DNA of 64,000 nucleotides, taken from positions 149,505-213,504 of the forward strand of contig NIVC01002011.1 in the NCBI GenBank assembly GCA_002269645.1, read 5' to 3'. The position numbers and the translations under genes are program-made. Position 1 is the stretch's first letter. The number at the start of each line of letters is the position of its first letter. Of the stretch, positions 63,171-64,000 are shown one piece after another. The stretch is from Macrostomum lignano. Lineage: Eukaryota. A model generated the notes under the pieces. The model did no database searches and had not been told where the DNA came from. It saw nothing but the letters and a program-made list of their open reading frames with translations.

Positions 63171-64000
63171 GTTGTAAAATATTGTTCTTATACATTGGCA
63201 ACATTGATTGATTTTTAGTTTTGGAGTACTTAGGCTATTCATTTTAGAAATGGCAACTATGTCTATAAGGTTCAAGCTTATAGGCACATCTGCCAGTGCC
63301 ATGTATGTTGTAAGCACATATGGTACAATTGCTTTAATTTTTGGCAATAAAGAGACTGCCACTGTTTCCAATGTTGAATGGATTGTATAGGCCTAGGCCT
63401 AATAGGGACATAGCCACCCTCTAGGCCTATGTTTTTCATAGTCAGGAAGGTGCCTTTTTGCTTGAAAATTCCAGTGTGCATTAGCCCTTCATAGTTCATT
63501 TGTATGCATGTTTGGCATGCTTAAATCTTAAAAAAAATTATTTGGCATATTTTATACAAAGCAAACCACTTTTTTAGCATATAAAAAGTGGTATACAAAG
63601 CTATTTGAAAATAAGTGCAAGTTTCTATAACAAAGATAAAACATTTCAAAGAAAAAGGTTGCAGTTAAGAGATGACGGATGATGGGAGTGCAAATAAAAA
63701 AAAGAATAAATATTAATTGGATATAAAAATATAATGATTTAAAGAATTTAAGTATCAGAACTTTGCACAAGTATGTAACTACAAATTATTTATAAAGGAA
63801 AAATAGACACAACACTTATTTTGTTATATATAAATATCAAATGTAACAATAGAAAAAAGGTCTATTATTGTTGCAGCACAAAAGTAAAGTTGCATAATTT
63901 TAAGGCAGTGCTTATCCCCACGGTACCGTAGGAATAATTTCTGTCTTATTCCAACGGTACCGTGCAAATAATTTTCTGCTTATCCGCACGGCACACTGAG

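Noticed and set aside
1-64000. tRNA, rRNA, snRNA or spliced-leader RNA genes
   Set aside because: No cloverleaf, A/B-box pair or recognisable SL/Sm sequence was seen by eye; a tRNAscan/Infernal run would be needed to exclude them fully.

Overview
Eukaryotic (animal) genomic DNA with GT-AG introns, GC3-rich exons and AT-rich, repeat-dense intergenic DNA. The style is consistent with a free-living flatworm such as Macrostomum, but that is inference only. Three complete protein-coding genes could be rebuilt by hand, all on the minus strand. Two are tandem 9-exon xanthine dehydrogenase-like paralogs (12934-22032 and 28718-35738, about 1,340 aa each). The third is a full-length inner-arm axonemal dynein heavy chain of the DNAH12/7/3 group (43474-62396, 20 exon positions, about 3,980 aa). 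The rest is decayed mobile DNA (BEL/Pao, Gypsy, LOA-type and Jockey/I-type non-LTR, Tc1/IS630-like, piggyBac-like, a foldback, MITE-like hairpins) and many minisatellites. Most notable observations: (1) a pair of 141-bp tandem-duplicated, probably mutually exclusive exons in the dynein; (2) XDH paralogs that are near-identical over long tracts but carry dense divergence islands at substrate-pocket segments, on top of a non-canonical pocket; (3) four consecutive small units bounded by CCATAGAC...GTCTATGG; (4) one TE family that seeded two different minisatellites; (5) Penelope-type minimal hammerhead motifs. No tRNA, rRNA or CRISPR array was found. Residue numbers refer to bovine XOR recalled from memory and need checking by alignment.
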